A stretch of DNA of 64,000 nucleotides. Source: Candidatus Aldehydirespirator sp. (GTDB lineage: Bacteria > Actinomycetota > Acidimicrobiia > Acidimicrobiales > Aldehydirespiratoraceae). Under the pieces are notes generated by a model. The model saw nothing but the letters and a program-made list of their open reading frames with translations. It ran no database searches and was not told the DNA's origin. Within the stretch, counting starts at the first letter, position 1, and each line of letters begins with the position of its first letter. The DNA lies in assembly GCA_965220645.1 (NCBI GenBank), contig OZ244836.1:3072335-3136334 (forward strand). The letters are read 5' to 3'. Positions 24,819 to 33,066 of the stretch are shown one piece after another. The translations under genes were made by a program, and so were the position numbers.

Positions 24819-26114
24819 TCAGGGCCCCGGCCAGATCAGTTCCGCTCCGTCGTAGACGCTCTCGGCGAAGCCCGGATCCACCATGGACTGCCAGTCGGGA
24901 GTCGACTCCCACACGCCGGCCTGCACCAAGGCGTCGATCTCAGATCCGAAGAGGTCGAGATCGGGGATTCCCACACCGGCGCCAGCCGGGGCGAGATCGG
25001 CGATCAGGGCGGACTCCACGCCCCAGCGGTAGCGCTCCGCCTCCATGGCGAAGTACAGCGGGTTGCCGGCCGCGTCGATCAGATCGAAGGCGTTCTCCAC
25101 GGCGATGTCCGGGTTCGCGGCCGCGAAGGCTTGGCCCCGGATCAGGGCCCGCACCACGTCGGCCACCAGGCCGGGGTTGTCGTCGATCATCGACTGCGTC
25201 GTGAACGTGACGCCGAAGCTGGAGGGCACGCCGAAGTCGAGCGGATCGAGCATCGTGAAGGCCACGCCGTTGTTGGTCAGAGTGTTGGGCTCGTTGGACT
25301 TGTACACCGGCAGGGCGTCGATGCCCAGATCTAGGTGCGCCACCGGGTCGAATCCGTCCAGCAGGATCTCCTCGAAGCAGCTCCGCTCGATTCCCGACAA
25401 TGCGACGGAAGCCTGCAGCGAGTACGGCAGGTCGCCCTTGATTCCTATGAGGCTGCCGCACAGCCCGGAGAAGTCCTCGATGTCGCTTCCCTCTGGCAGC
25501 ACGATGGCCTCTATCGCGGTGCGACCCCAGTGGATCAGGGCCACGAGATCGCCCTCGCCGGCGACGTTGTTGGCCACCATCTCGGCGAACGATCCGGATG
25601 CTCCGAACTGGGCCTGCCCCTCGATGACCAGCGCCCCGTTGGACGGAGCGAAGCCGGGCTGGATCTCGAAGTCGATGCAGAGTTCCTCGAAGTAACCCTG
25701 GGCATCAGCCACGATCGCATCGATGATCCCGGCCGCGGCCGCGAAATCGAACCCGGTAACGAAGGTCATCTTGCCGGCGTCGCGGTTGGCCTGGCAGCGC
25801 TCCGCAGCCGCGTCCGGCTCAGGCTCAGCGGCCGGCTCAGGCTCAGCAGCCGGCTCGGGCTCGGGCTCAGCAGCCGGCTCAGGCTCAGCAGCCGGCTCAG
25901 GGTCAACAGCCGGCTCGGGCTCAGGCTCTGCAGCCGGTTCGGGCTCGGCTGCCGCCTCAGGGTCAACAGCCGGCTCAGGGTCAACAGCCGGCGCCGGTTC
26001 AGGCGCGGCCGCATCTTCGGCGTCGTCGCCGCTGCACGCAGCCGCCACCAGCGCCAGCACGAGCACGGCCAGCAATATCAGCCGTAGCCGTCTGAATGAA
26101 TCGTGGTGCCTCAT
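24819..26114 (-). CDS. ABC transporter substrate-binding lipoprotein (NMT1/SsuA-like) with a (PEPA)n linker
   Basis: The ATG at 26114 is preceded by GGGAGGG. The lipobox is LVAAACSG. An acidic Pro/Glu/Ala repeat precedes an SsuA/NMT1-like domain. The 171 aa upstream in the ORF track are spurious. Confidence 0.85.
   Translation of the reverse strand: MRHHDSFRRLRLILLAVLVLALVAAACSGDDAEDAAAPEPAPAVDPEPAVDPEAAAEPEPAAEPEPEPAVDPEPAAEPEPAAEPEPEPAAEPEPAAEPEPDAAAERCQANRDAGKMTFVTGFDFAAAAGIIDAIVADAQGYFEELCIDFEIQPGFAPSNGALVIEGQAQFGASGSFAEMVANNVAGEGDLVALIHWGRTAIEAIVLPEGSDIEDFSGLCGSLIGIKGDLPYSLQASVALSGIERSCFEEILLDGFDPVAHLDLGIDALPVYKSNEPNTLTNNGVAFTMLDPLDFGVPSSFGVTFTTQSMIDDNPGLVADVVRALIRGQAFAAANPDIAVENAFDLIDAAGNPLYFAMEAERYRWGVESALIADLAPAGAGVGIPDLDLFGSEIDALVQAGVWESTPDWQSMVDPGFAESVYDGAELIWPGP
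25815..26006 (-). repeat. coding tandem repeat encoding (A)EPEP(A) units
   Basis: GGCTCAGGCTCAGC(A/G)GCCGGCTC-type units. Residues 37-100 of the lipoprotein are PEPAAEPEPEPA... Confidence 0.9.
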
Positions 26115-26242
26115 CTCGCCCTCCCTCGAAGCGAAGACCATCGCCGGACCATCTCGTTGCATCCGGCTCCAAGCGCAGTCTGCCAGCGCCCAGCGACCGA
26201 TGCCAAGGCTGCGCCCAGTCGGGGCCACCGAGGGCCACCGGC

Positions 26243-27598
26243 CTATGTTTGCCCCCACTCGTCGGGCTCGGCCGCCCTCCGCTGCGTGGCCGCGGCCACC
26301 ACGGCGTCGACCATTTCCGCGGCGCTGCCGATCGCGGGGCGGTCCAGGCCCTCGAACTCTGCCGGTGTGGCGATCCCCTCCAGTACCTCCGCCAGCGGGC
26401 GGCCGCTGAGGCGGGCCGTCCGGTACGCCTTCTGAAGCTCGTCGTTGGCCTGGTGCTTGCCCAGCCTCACCGAGAGGCGTCTGAGCAATTCCTGGGACCC
26501 GAAGTCGCCCATCATCTCCAGGTTGGCAGACATCATGCCGGTGTCCACTTCGATGCTCGTCACGAGGCCGCGGGCCAGGCTGAGCTGGGCCAGCAGGTAG
26601 TGGCCCAGCTCGGGCAGCAGCACCCACTCGGTCTTCCAGGTTCTGCCGTCGCGCTCGTGGTCGCCGACCATGGTCTCGACCAGGACGCCCGCGGCCGAGC
26701 GCACCAGCCGCGCCAGCGTGACCATCTGCTCGCTGCGCTCCGGGTTGCGCTTGTGGGGCATGGTGAAGCTCCCCACCGTGTCCTCCGAAGCCGCCTCGGC
26801 GAGTTCTGCGATCTCGCGCCGCTGGAGGTTGTACACCTCGTTGGCGATCCGAGCCATGGTGGCCGACACCAGAGCCGCATTGCTGGCGAACTCAGCGAGC
26901 CGGTCCCGCGCCGTGGTCCACGAGATGGCCGGATCGCCCAGCCCGAGGCGCTCGCAGAAGCGGCGGCGCAACTCCGGGCCGAGGTCCCCGTAGAAGCCCA
27001 GCGCCCCCACCGCGCCGGCGAGCTGGCCAACAAGCAGGCGAGGACGGCTCTGGAGCCAGCGCTCCATGTGCCGGGCCGTCTCGTCAGCCCAGGAGGCGGC
27101 CTTCAGCCCGAACGTCACCGGGGCACCCGGCTGGCCGTGCGTGCGGCCCAGCATGGGCGTGTCGCGATGACGCTCAGCCAGCTCGAGCAGCGAGCCCTCC
27201 ACTGCCCGCAGATCCCGCCACACGATCGCCCCGACGTCGCGCATCTCCAGCGCGGCTGCGGTGTCGGAGACGTCCTGCACGGTGGCGCCGTAGTAGACGT
27301 GCTCGCGAGCCTGCTCGGGCAACTGGGCCTGCAGCTCGACCACGAGCCCCACGGCGGAGTGCGAGGTCCGCCGGGTGTGGGCTCCCAAATCGGCCGGATC
27401 CAGGATCTCTGCATCGAGGCCGTCAATGGCCCGCGCCGATGTCTCGGGGATGATCTGAAGATCGGCCTGTGCGGCTGCGAGAGCCTTGAGCACTTGCACC
27501 CAGCGAGACAGCCGGGCCCGTTCAGAGAAGAGGGCCAGGGACTCCGGTGTGGACCACCCGTGCCCGTAGACGGCCGAGTCGATCAGGTGCGCGTCCAC
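26243..27598 (-). CDS. adenylosuccinate lyase family protein (fumarate-lyase superfamily)
   Basis: GRTHGQPGAPVTFG and the signature GSFTMPHKRNP are present. The length and N-terminus are PurB/PcaB-like. Confidence 0.88.
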   Translation of the reverse strand: MDAHLIDSAVYGHGWSTPESLALFSERARLSRWVQVLKALAAAQADLQIIPETSARAIDGLDAEILDPADLGAHTRRTSHSAVGLVVELQAQLPEQAREHVYYGATVQDVSDTAAALEMRDVGAIVWRDLRAVEGSLLELAERHRDTPMLGRTHGQPGAPVTFGLKAASWADETARHMERWLQSRPRLLVGQLAGAVGALGFYGDLGPELRRRFCERLGLGDPAISWTTARDRLAEFASNAALVSATMARIANEVYNLQRREIAELAEAASEDTVGSFTMPHKRNPERSEQMVTLARLVRSAAGVLVETMVGDHERDGRTWKTEWVLLPELGHYLLAQLSLARGLVTSIEVDTGMMSANLEMMGDFGSQELLRRLSVRLGKHQANDELQKAYRTARLSGRPLAEVLEGIATPAEFEGLDRPAIGSAAEMVDAVVAAATQRRAAEPDEWGQT

Positions 27599-28500
27599 GT
27601 GCCGTCCCCGGAGCCGGTCAGCGCCCGCAGGGCCTGGTGCACCTCAGTGAGGGTGGCGCCCCAGGGCACCGTCACCGTGTCCCCGTGCTGTTCCAGACCC
27701 TCTTCGAGCATGCAGCAGCGGCTCAGAATGAGCCCATCGCTGGCCTCATCGGCGCCGATGAGCCGGCGAGGGCACCAGTCGATGGTGCGGGGCGCCTCGA
27801 CTCCGTAGAACCAGCGGTGGATCTGCTGGGAGCGTTCACAGCCGAGCAGGGTCGAACCAGTGAAGGGCGGTCGTTCGTCAAGGTGGGACACGGCCACGCC
27901 CTCGATATCGATCCCCCCTCCCCGGCAGGGAACGATCAGCCCATCGGGCGGAGGCTCGGTCACCAGCCTGCGGCTGTCGACGATCCGACCGTCCACCGCT
28001 ATCGGGGGCAGGTCCTCGGCGGTGTCCAGCACCCTGGCCACCTGGTCGACGAGCTTGGACGGCTCGGGCGGCACCACATCCACCACGGTGATCCGGACCG
28101 GGTCGGCGTTGAGCAGGAAGCTGACATGGCGGTACCGGCCCTCCACCACGACGCAGCGCCGGTCTGGACGCCTGAGGGCCATCCGGGCCAGGTGCGAGGC
28201 GATGCCGGGATCGGCGTCGTCGTCGCGCACGTAACCGCATTCGTCGGTCGAGGCCAGCACCCGCACAGCCACCGGATCCGAGAAGAGGTCGTCGCTGGTG
28301 TCGCGGGCCAACTCCACCAGCGCGCAGCGTTCGGGGTCGCGCGTTAGTCGCGCCACCACGAACCTGGTCCTGCGGTAGGCCTCGCGTCCCGTGAAGTGGG
28401 CCACAAGATCGTCGGGCGACAGACTGGAGACCGCCGCCACCGACACCTGCCGGTACCGCGACGGCATGATGTTGGGCGCGGCGGCGTCTAGGTCGAACAT
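27583..28500 (-). CDS. hypothetical protein (no recognised domain)
   Basis: A 305-aa ORF from the ATG at 28500. It overlaps the neighbouring genes at both ends (13 and 16 nt) inside a tight operon. Its composition is coding-like. Confidence 0.65.
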   Translation of the reverse strand: MFDLDAAAPNIMPSRYRQVSVAAVSSLSPDDLVAHFTGREAYRRTRFVVARLTRDPERCALVELARDTSDDLFSDPVAVRVLASTDECGYVRDDDADPGIASHLARMALRRPDRRCVVVEGRYRHVSFLLNADPVRITVVDVVPPEPSKLVDQVARVLDTAEDLPPIAVDGRIVDSRRLVTEPPPDGLIVPCRGGGIDIEGVAVSHLDERPPFTGSTLLGCERSQQIHRWFYGVEAPRTIDWCPRRLIGADEASDGLILSRCCMLEEGLEQHGDTVTVPWGATLTEVHQALRALTGSGDGTWTRT

Positions 28501-29276
28501 GCGGACCGAAGGCGGGTTCGGAGGGTGTCGGACCGGAGCCCGCGCCTGAGGGCCTCCACTCCGAGCACTTCGACGACGGAGATGTTCGCGAGGTTGACGT
28601 TCGCTCCCAGACGATTGACGAGCCATGCTTGCTGATCGATGCGTGGAGCCTCGTACACCACCGGGGCATCGGATCCAAGGCTCTCGAGGGCGTCGACGAG
28701 TTCTGCCCTGACCGCTCCGTCCGCGTCGTAGAGGCCCACGGTCCCGCTCTCGCGGCCCTCAGCCACCAGCCAGCAAGCGCCGCTGTCGATGTCGCGCTTC
28801 GCCTCTTCGAGCCACTGGTGGGGCCGAACCGACTCGCGGGGATCCTTGCTCCCTACCTCGGCGAACACTTCGAAGCCGTGCTGGCAGGCCCGGGCGATCA
28901 GGTCGTGCTTGGAGGCGGCCGGCAGGTCGGTTGCGCCACGGGACACCTCCACGCAGCCGAATTCCAGTTGGTGGGCCCAGTCGAAGAACTCTTCGGCGCG
29001 GCCCTGCCACCACGCCGCCTCGAGCAGTGTCCCGCCGGGGCAAGCCTTGACCTGGTGCGACTGCAGCAACTCGATCTTGGATGCGATGGCGCTGTCCACG
29101 TAGGCGGTGCCGAATCCGAACTTCCAGACATCTACGAACGCTCCATGAGCCCTCAGCCGCGCGTCCATGCCCTCCACGGAGGTGCCCTTGTCGATGACGT
29201 GGGTTATTCCGGCGCGTCGGGGCTTGGCCGTTCGGGCTGCGGTCTCGAGGAACCGGGGAGACTCGGAGGTGGGCAT
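28488..29276 (-). CDS. (2R)-phospho-3-sulfolactate synthase (ComA) family protein
   Basis: KPRRAGITHVIDKG...FVDVWKFGFGTAYV...GGTLLEAA...FGCVEVSRG follows the ComA-family pattern. Confidence 0.8.
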   Translation of the reverse strand: MPTSESPRFLETAARTAKPRRAGITHVIDKGTSVEGMDARLRAHGAFVDVWKFGFGTAYVDSAIASKIELLQSHQVKACPGGTLLEAAWWQGRAEEFFDWAHQLEFGCVEVSRGATDLPAASKHDLIARACQHGFEVFAEVGSKDPRESVRPHQWLEEAKRDIDSGACWLVAEGRESGTVGLYDADGAVRAELVDALESLGSDAPVVYEAPRIDQQAWLVNRLGANVNLANISVVEVLGVEALRRGLRSDTLRTRLRSACST

Positions 29277-29297
29277 CTGTGTGATCTGGGTGCGGCG

Positions 29298-30164
29298 TCA
29301 CACCGCGGTGCGCCGCAACTCCAGTCTACGAGGCAGTTCCGTGGCGGCCAGAGCGACGCCGGCCACCAGTGCCCGACCCGAGGTGGCACCCACTGCGGCC
29401 AGTGCCGCCGCAGCACTGCGCATCCCGTGGTGATCCCCGGACGCGGCGGCGTCCAGCAGAGCATGTGCGGGCTGGATGCTCTGGCCGGCTGCGGCCCATC
29501 TCAGGAAGGCGCGGCTCAACCGGGTGGTGCGTGCGACCGAGGCCAAGTCGCTCAGGGCACGACGGTGGCTCGGGTTGACGGCGCAGACCAGCAGGATCCC
29601 CGCCAGCACGTCGTCGCCGCTGGGGGTGAGCCCGCTGCCCCGGCCCTGAAGCTGGCGGAACACGGCGGCCAGGTCGCCGCGGCGCGCTTCGCGGGTCGCC
29701 ACTTCCCAGACAGGTGCCAGTTCGGTGTCGGCAATCGAGGCCAAACTACGCCATGCCCTTGAGGCGGCGGTGAGCCGTTCGGGCAGGCGCGGCGTCCAGC
29801 GCGGGCATCGGTCAAGGCGAACATGTAGCTGGCCCGCTCTCAATACGGCTCCCGAGACGCTCACCGGATCGTGCCGAGCAGGCAGCTTGGCCAACTCTTC
29901 GACGATGAGGTGCAGAGGACCCGGCCAGGATCGGGGACCCAACACCGCGAACAACGCCCCGGAGGGGCCCGAGACATAGAACCCCTCACGGAAGACCGCC
30001 TCCACCCGGCCGGCGAACCCCTCCGGCGTCGCCTCCAGCACGGCCTGACCAACCGAGACTGCGGAGACTGGACCCGCCGCTGCGGTACCGTTCGGCCGTG
30101 CCGTCCCCGGAGCCATCGTCGCCGGAGCCGCCATCCCCGGAGCCGCCATCGCCGGAGTCATCAT
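29298..30164 (-). CDS. DUF2877 (YlbF-like) family protein
   Basis: The GRGSGLTPSGDDVLAGILL motif is typical of DUF2877. The start is uncertain. The ATGs at 30164-30116 lie in a 15-bp repeat that overlaps the divergent gene, and a GTG at 30041 (VLEATPEGF...) is an alternative. Confidence 0.75.
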   Translation of the reverse strand: MMTPAMAAPGMAAPATMAPGTARPNGTAAAGPVSAVSVGQAVLEATPEGFAGRVEAVFREGFYVSGPSGALFAVLGPRSWPGPLHLIVEELAKLPARHDPVSVSGAVLRAGQLHVRLDRCPRWTPRLPERLTAASRAWRSLASIADTELAPVWEVATREARRGDLAAVFRQLQGRGSGLTPSGDDVLAGILLVCAVNPSHRRALSDLASVARTTRLSRAFLRWAAAGQSIQPAHALLDAAASGDHHGMRSAAAALAAVGATSGRALVAGVALAATELPRRLELRRTAV

Positions 30165-31102
30165 CGCTGGACCGGCTGGTCGCCGCCGTTCGGGATCATG
30201 CAGGCCTGCGCGCCAAGAGAGCGATCGGCGCTGTCCGCCGGGTGGTCGAGACCTCGGATCCGCTCACCGGTCCCGGCGACGACGGCGCGGTCGTGGAAAT
30301 GCCCCGCGGAGGCTCGGTAATCGTGTGCGGCGAGGCGATCAACCCTGCGTTCGTGGCATCCGATCCCCGGGCTGCGGGGATGGCGGCAGTGCTCGCGAAC
30401 GTCAACGACCTGGCGGCCATGGGGGCCATACCCCGGGGCATCGTCAACACGGTCGTGGCGTCGGCTCCGGTAGCGGCCGAGGCGCTGCGGGGCATGGCCG
30501 ACGCGGCCGCCCTCTACGAGGTCCCCATCGTGGGCGGACACATCAGCGAGCATCGAGGCGAACCGGCACTGTCGGCCTTCGCCGTGGGGGACGCCGACCG
30601 GGTCCTCTCGGTGAGCCGGGCCCAGCCTGGTCAGGACCTCGTGTTCGCTTGCTGCCTGGACGGCCGCATGCGGACCGACTTCCCGTTCTTCACCACGCTC
30701 GGACCTCAGGGACCCCGCCTGGCCCAGGACGTGCGCCTGCTGTCCGAGGTCGCTCGCGAGGACCTGGCGTGCGCGGCCAAGGACGTGAGCATGGCGGGTG
30801 CGGTCGGCTCGCTGGCGATGCTTCTCGAGCCCGGCCGACTCGGCGCCACCGTCGACCTGGACCGGCTCCCAGCACCGGCTGGAGTGAGCCTGGACCGCTG
30901 GCTCGTCTGCTTCCCTAGCTACGCCTTCTGGCTCACCACGGACCGACCGGGCCCCTGCGTCGATCTGTTCCGCTCGGCGGGGCTCACCGCAGCCGTCACC
31001 GGTTCCATAACCGCCAGCGGTGTCCTCGAGTTGCGCCGGGGATCGTCCAGCCGCGCCGTGATCGACATGAGACAGGAACCGGTCACCGGGCTGTGGCCCT
31101 GA
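30098..31102 (+). CDS. AIR-synthase-related (PurM/ThiL/HypE superfamily) protein, sll0787-like
   Basis: GPGDDGAVVEM is the DDAAV-type motif. NVNDLAAMGA and a PurM-like C-terminal domain are present. The only in-frame start upstream of the conserved N-terminal helix is the GTG at 30098. Confidence 0.8.
   Translation: MPSPEPSSPEPPSPEPPSPESSSLDRLVAAVRDHAGLRAKRAIGAVRRVVETSDPLTGPGDDGAVVEMPRGGSVIVCGEAINPAFVASDPRAAGMAAVLANVNDLAAMGAIPRGIVNTVVASAPVAAEALRGMADAAALYEVPIVGGHISEHRGEPALSAFAVGDADRVLSVSRAQPGQDLVFACCLDGRMRTDFPFFTTLGPQGPRLAQDVRLLSEVAREDLACAAKDVSMAGAVGSLAMLLEPGRLGATVDLDRLPAPAGVSLDRWLVCFPSYAFWLTTDRPGPCVDLFRSAGLTAAVTGSITASGVLELRRGSSSRAVIDMRQEPVTGLWP
30105..30164. repeat. 15-bp tandem repeat x4 (C(C/G)CCGGAG(C/T)C(G/A)(C/T)CAT)
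   Basis: Units lie at 30105, 30120, 30135 and 30150. The tract is open on both strands: PEPSS/PEPPS on plus and MAAPG on minus. Confidence 0.85.
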
Positions 31103-31154
31103 GCGCGCCGGCCGGCGCGATTGCGCCGTGGGTGCCGCACCCGTTGGCATCACC

Positions 31155-31811
31155 TCAGGCTCCGGCATCCTCGACCCGGCTCCTCATGGCTTGCCGGTCC
31201 TCGGCGAAGCGTTGCGGGTCACCCGACTCGCAGTCATCGAACGAAGCCTCATCGACGCGGGACCTGCCGCCGTCGGGGTCCCCCATTTCCGTGACCGTCA
31301 CCACATACAGGGGCGTCATGGTGGAGGGGTCGGCCTCGACCATGCTCACCACGGCCAGCCCGGTGGCCAGGTGCAACTCCACGCACTGGTAGGGGTCGAC
31401 GAGCCCCGCGGCTAGATCGCCCTGCTTGTGGATCACCGCCCACGCCCTGCCCGCCTCGCGTGCCGCCGCGATGCGCTCACGGCGCTGATGCTCGGCTCTC
31501 TCGGCCAGCAGCTCGCGGCGGCGGACGGCGAACCCGCAGCCTGCGGTCGCCTCTGTGAGGCCGTAGGCGACCGGTTCGCCGGTGGCCCTCGCCGCCTCGT
31601 CCAGGATGGCGGCGCGATGCTCCCAGCGCTGGGACAGTTCCTCGAGATCGGAAACCTCGGCCAGAGCGTCAGCCACCGCACGGACCAGCCGCACGGCCGA
31701 TTGGTAGGCGTCAGGATTCGTGGTGGCCGTCGGATAGAGGCGGCGCTCGCTCTCGTTCCAATGGGCGGCCAGCACTGCAGTGGGGTCTGCGTCGCGCACA
31801 CCGTTGGGCAT
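31155..31811 (-). CDS. hypothetical protein (no recognised domain)
   Basis: The ATG at 31811 has AAGGAG 8 nt upstream. The product is 218 aa and acidic/helical. Confidence 0.65.
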   Translation of the reverse strand: MPNGVRDADPTAVLAAHWNESERRLYPTATTNPDAYQSAVRLVRAVADALAEVSDLEELSQRWEHRAAILDEAARATGEPVAYGLTEATAGCGFAVRRRELLAERAEHQRRERIAAAREAGRAWAVIHKQGDLAAGLVDPYQCVELHLATGLAVVSMVEADPSTMTPLYVVTVTEMGDPDGGRSRVDEASFDDCESGDPQRFAEDRQAMRSRVEDAGA

Positions 31812-31973
31812 CGTCGTCGCTCCTTGTCGCCTGCGGCGCCCCGGCGGACCCGAGGCTTGGCATGGCCCGTCGCCTTTCATCTACTATAAGAAAGTCGGTT
31901 CTGCTATCGGCAGACTTGAGGGCTCCGTGCCGGTTCCGACGCACCCGGCGGGGTCGGGCGAGAGGAGTGAGCC

Positions 31974-32951
31974 TTGGCCGAGACCGCGATTCTCGCTCTC
32001 GGAGGCAACGCACTCACCCGCGAGGACCAGCGCGGCACCCTGGAGGAGCAGTACGCCAACGCCCTCGCCATGGCCCACTCGGTCCGCTCGCTGATCCGCA
32101 AGGGATGGAACGTGGTGATCGTGCACGGCAACGGTCCCCAGGTCGGCAATCTGGCCATCCAGCACGAGGGCTCGACCGACCTGGTGCCCGCACTGCCCCT
32201 GTTCACCCTGGGAGCCATGACGCAAGGGCAACTGGGGAGCCTCATCTGCCTGGCGCTCAACGAGGTGTGCAAGCGCGAGATCGCGGGAGCGGTGTCGATC
32301 ATCACGCACGTCGAGGTCGACCCAGACGACCCGGCCCTGTCACACCCCACCAAGCCCATCGGCCCATTCTTCGACCGAGCCGAGGCAGCCGCGCTGGAAT
32401 CGGCGAAGGGGTGGGCCATGGCCGAGGATTCTGGGCGGGGCTACCGGCGAGTGGTTCCGTCCCCGCGGCCGATGGCGCCCATCGAGGCCGCGGCCATCTC
32501 GGCGCTGGTCGACCTCGGCTACATCGTTGTGGCCGGCGGCGGAGGCGGCATCCCGGTGGCGCGCTCGGCCGACGGCGCCTACCGGGGCGTCGACGCCGTC
32601 ATCGACAAGGACTTCGCCGCGGAGCGGATTGCGGACTCCGTGGGCGCCCAGGCCCTGGTTATGGTGACCGGGGTGGACGCGGTGCGCCTCAACTTCGGTA
32701 CGCCTCAGGAGCGGATCATGACCGAGATGACCGCATCCGATGCCCGGCTCCATCTGGCCGACGGGCAGTTCCCTCCCGGGAGCATGGGACCGAAGGTAGA
32801 GGCCGCGATCGAGTTCGTGGAGTCGCCGGGACGGATTTCAGCCATAACCACGCCCGAACTGGTCTACGCGACCCTCGATGAGCCCGGCGGCGTGATCGCG
32901 GGTCCTCGGGGCACGAGGATCGTGCCCGACCCGGTGCCCGCATTGACATGA
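31974..32951 (+). CDS. arcC: carbamate kinase
   Basis: ILALGGNAL...VIVHGNGPQVGNL...GGGGIPV are carbamate kinase motifs. The TTG start follows GAGAGGAGTGAG. Confidence 0.9.
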   Translation: MAETAILALGGNALTREDQRGTLEEQYANALAMAHSVRSLIRKGWNVVIVHGNGPQVGNLAIQHEGSTDLVPALPLFTLGAMTQGQLGSLICLALNEVCKREIAGAVSIITHVEVDPDDPALSHPTKPIGPFFDRAEAAALESAKGWAMAEDSGRGYRRVVPSPRPMAPIEAAAISALVDLGYIVVAGGGGGIPVARSADGAYRGVDAVIDKDFAAERIADSVGAQALVMVTGVDAVRLNFGTPQERIMTEMTASDARLHLADGQFPPGSMGPKVEAAIEFVESPGRISAITTPELVYATLDEPGGVIAGPRGTRIVPDPVPALT

Positions 32952-33066
32952 TGAGGACCGAAGTTCGCGGGCACCGTGAAAGCCCGCCCGTGTCGACATG
33001 ATGAGGACCGAAGTTCGCGGGCACCGTGAAAGCCCGCCCGTGTCGACATGATGAGGACCGAAGTCG
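32945..33066 (+). repeat. 50-bp tandem repeat (2 full copies plus a partial one) spanning the arcC stop / fdrA start junction
   Basis: ACATGATGAGGACCGAAGT... recurs with ATGs at 32948, 32998 and 33048. The first two open the 17-codon ORF MMRTEVRGHRESPPVST, and each ends in a TGA that overlaps the next ATG. Confidence 0.9.

Noticed and set aside
25815-26006. Regularly spaced short repeats that could be mistaken for a CRISPR array (also at 2841-3179, 18193-18375 and 60428-60553).
   Set aside because: The units are 6-60 bp with no unique spacers. They lie inside ORFs with clear N- and C-terminal protein domains and translate to low-complexity linkers (PEPA, AE, HD, PPAPQ). No cas genes are present.
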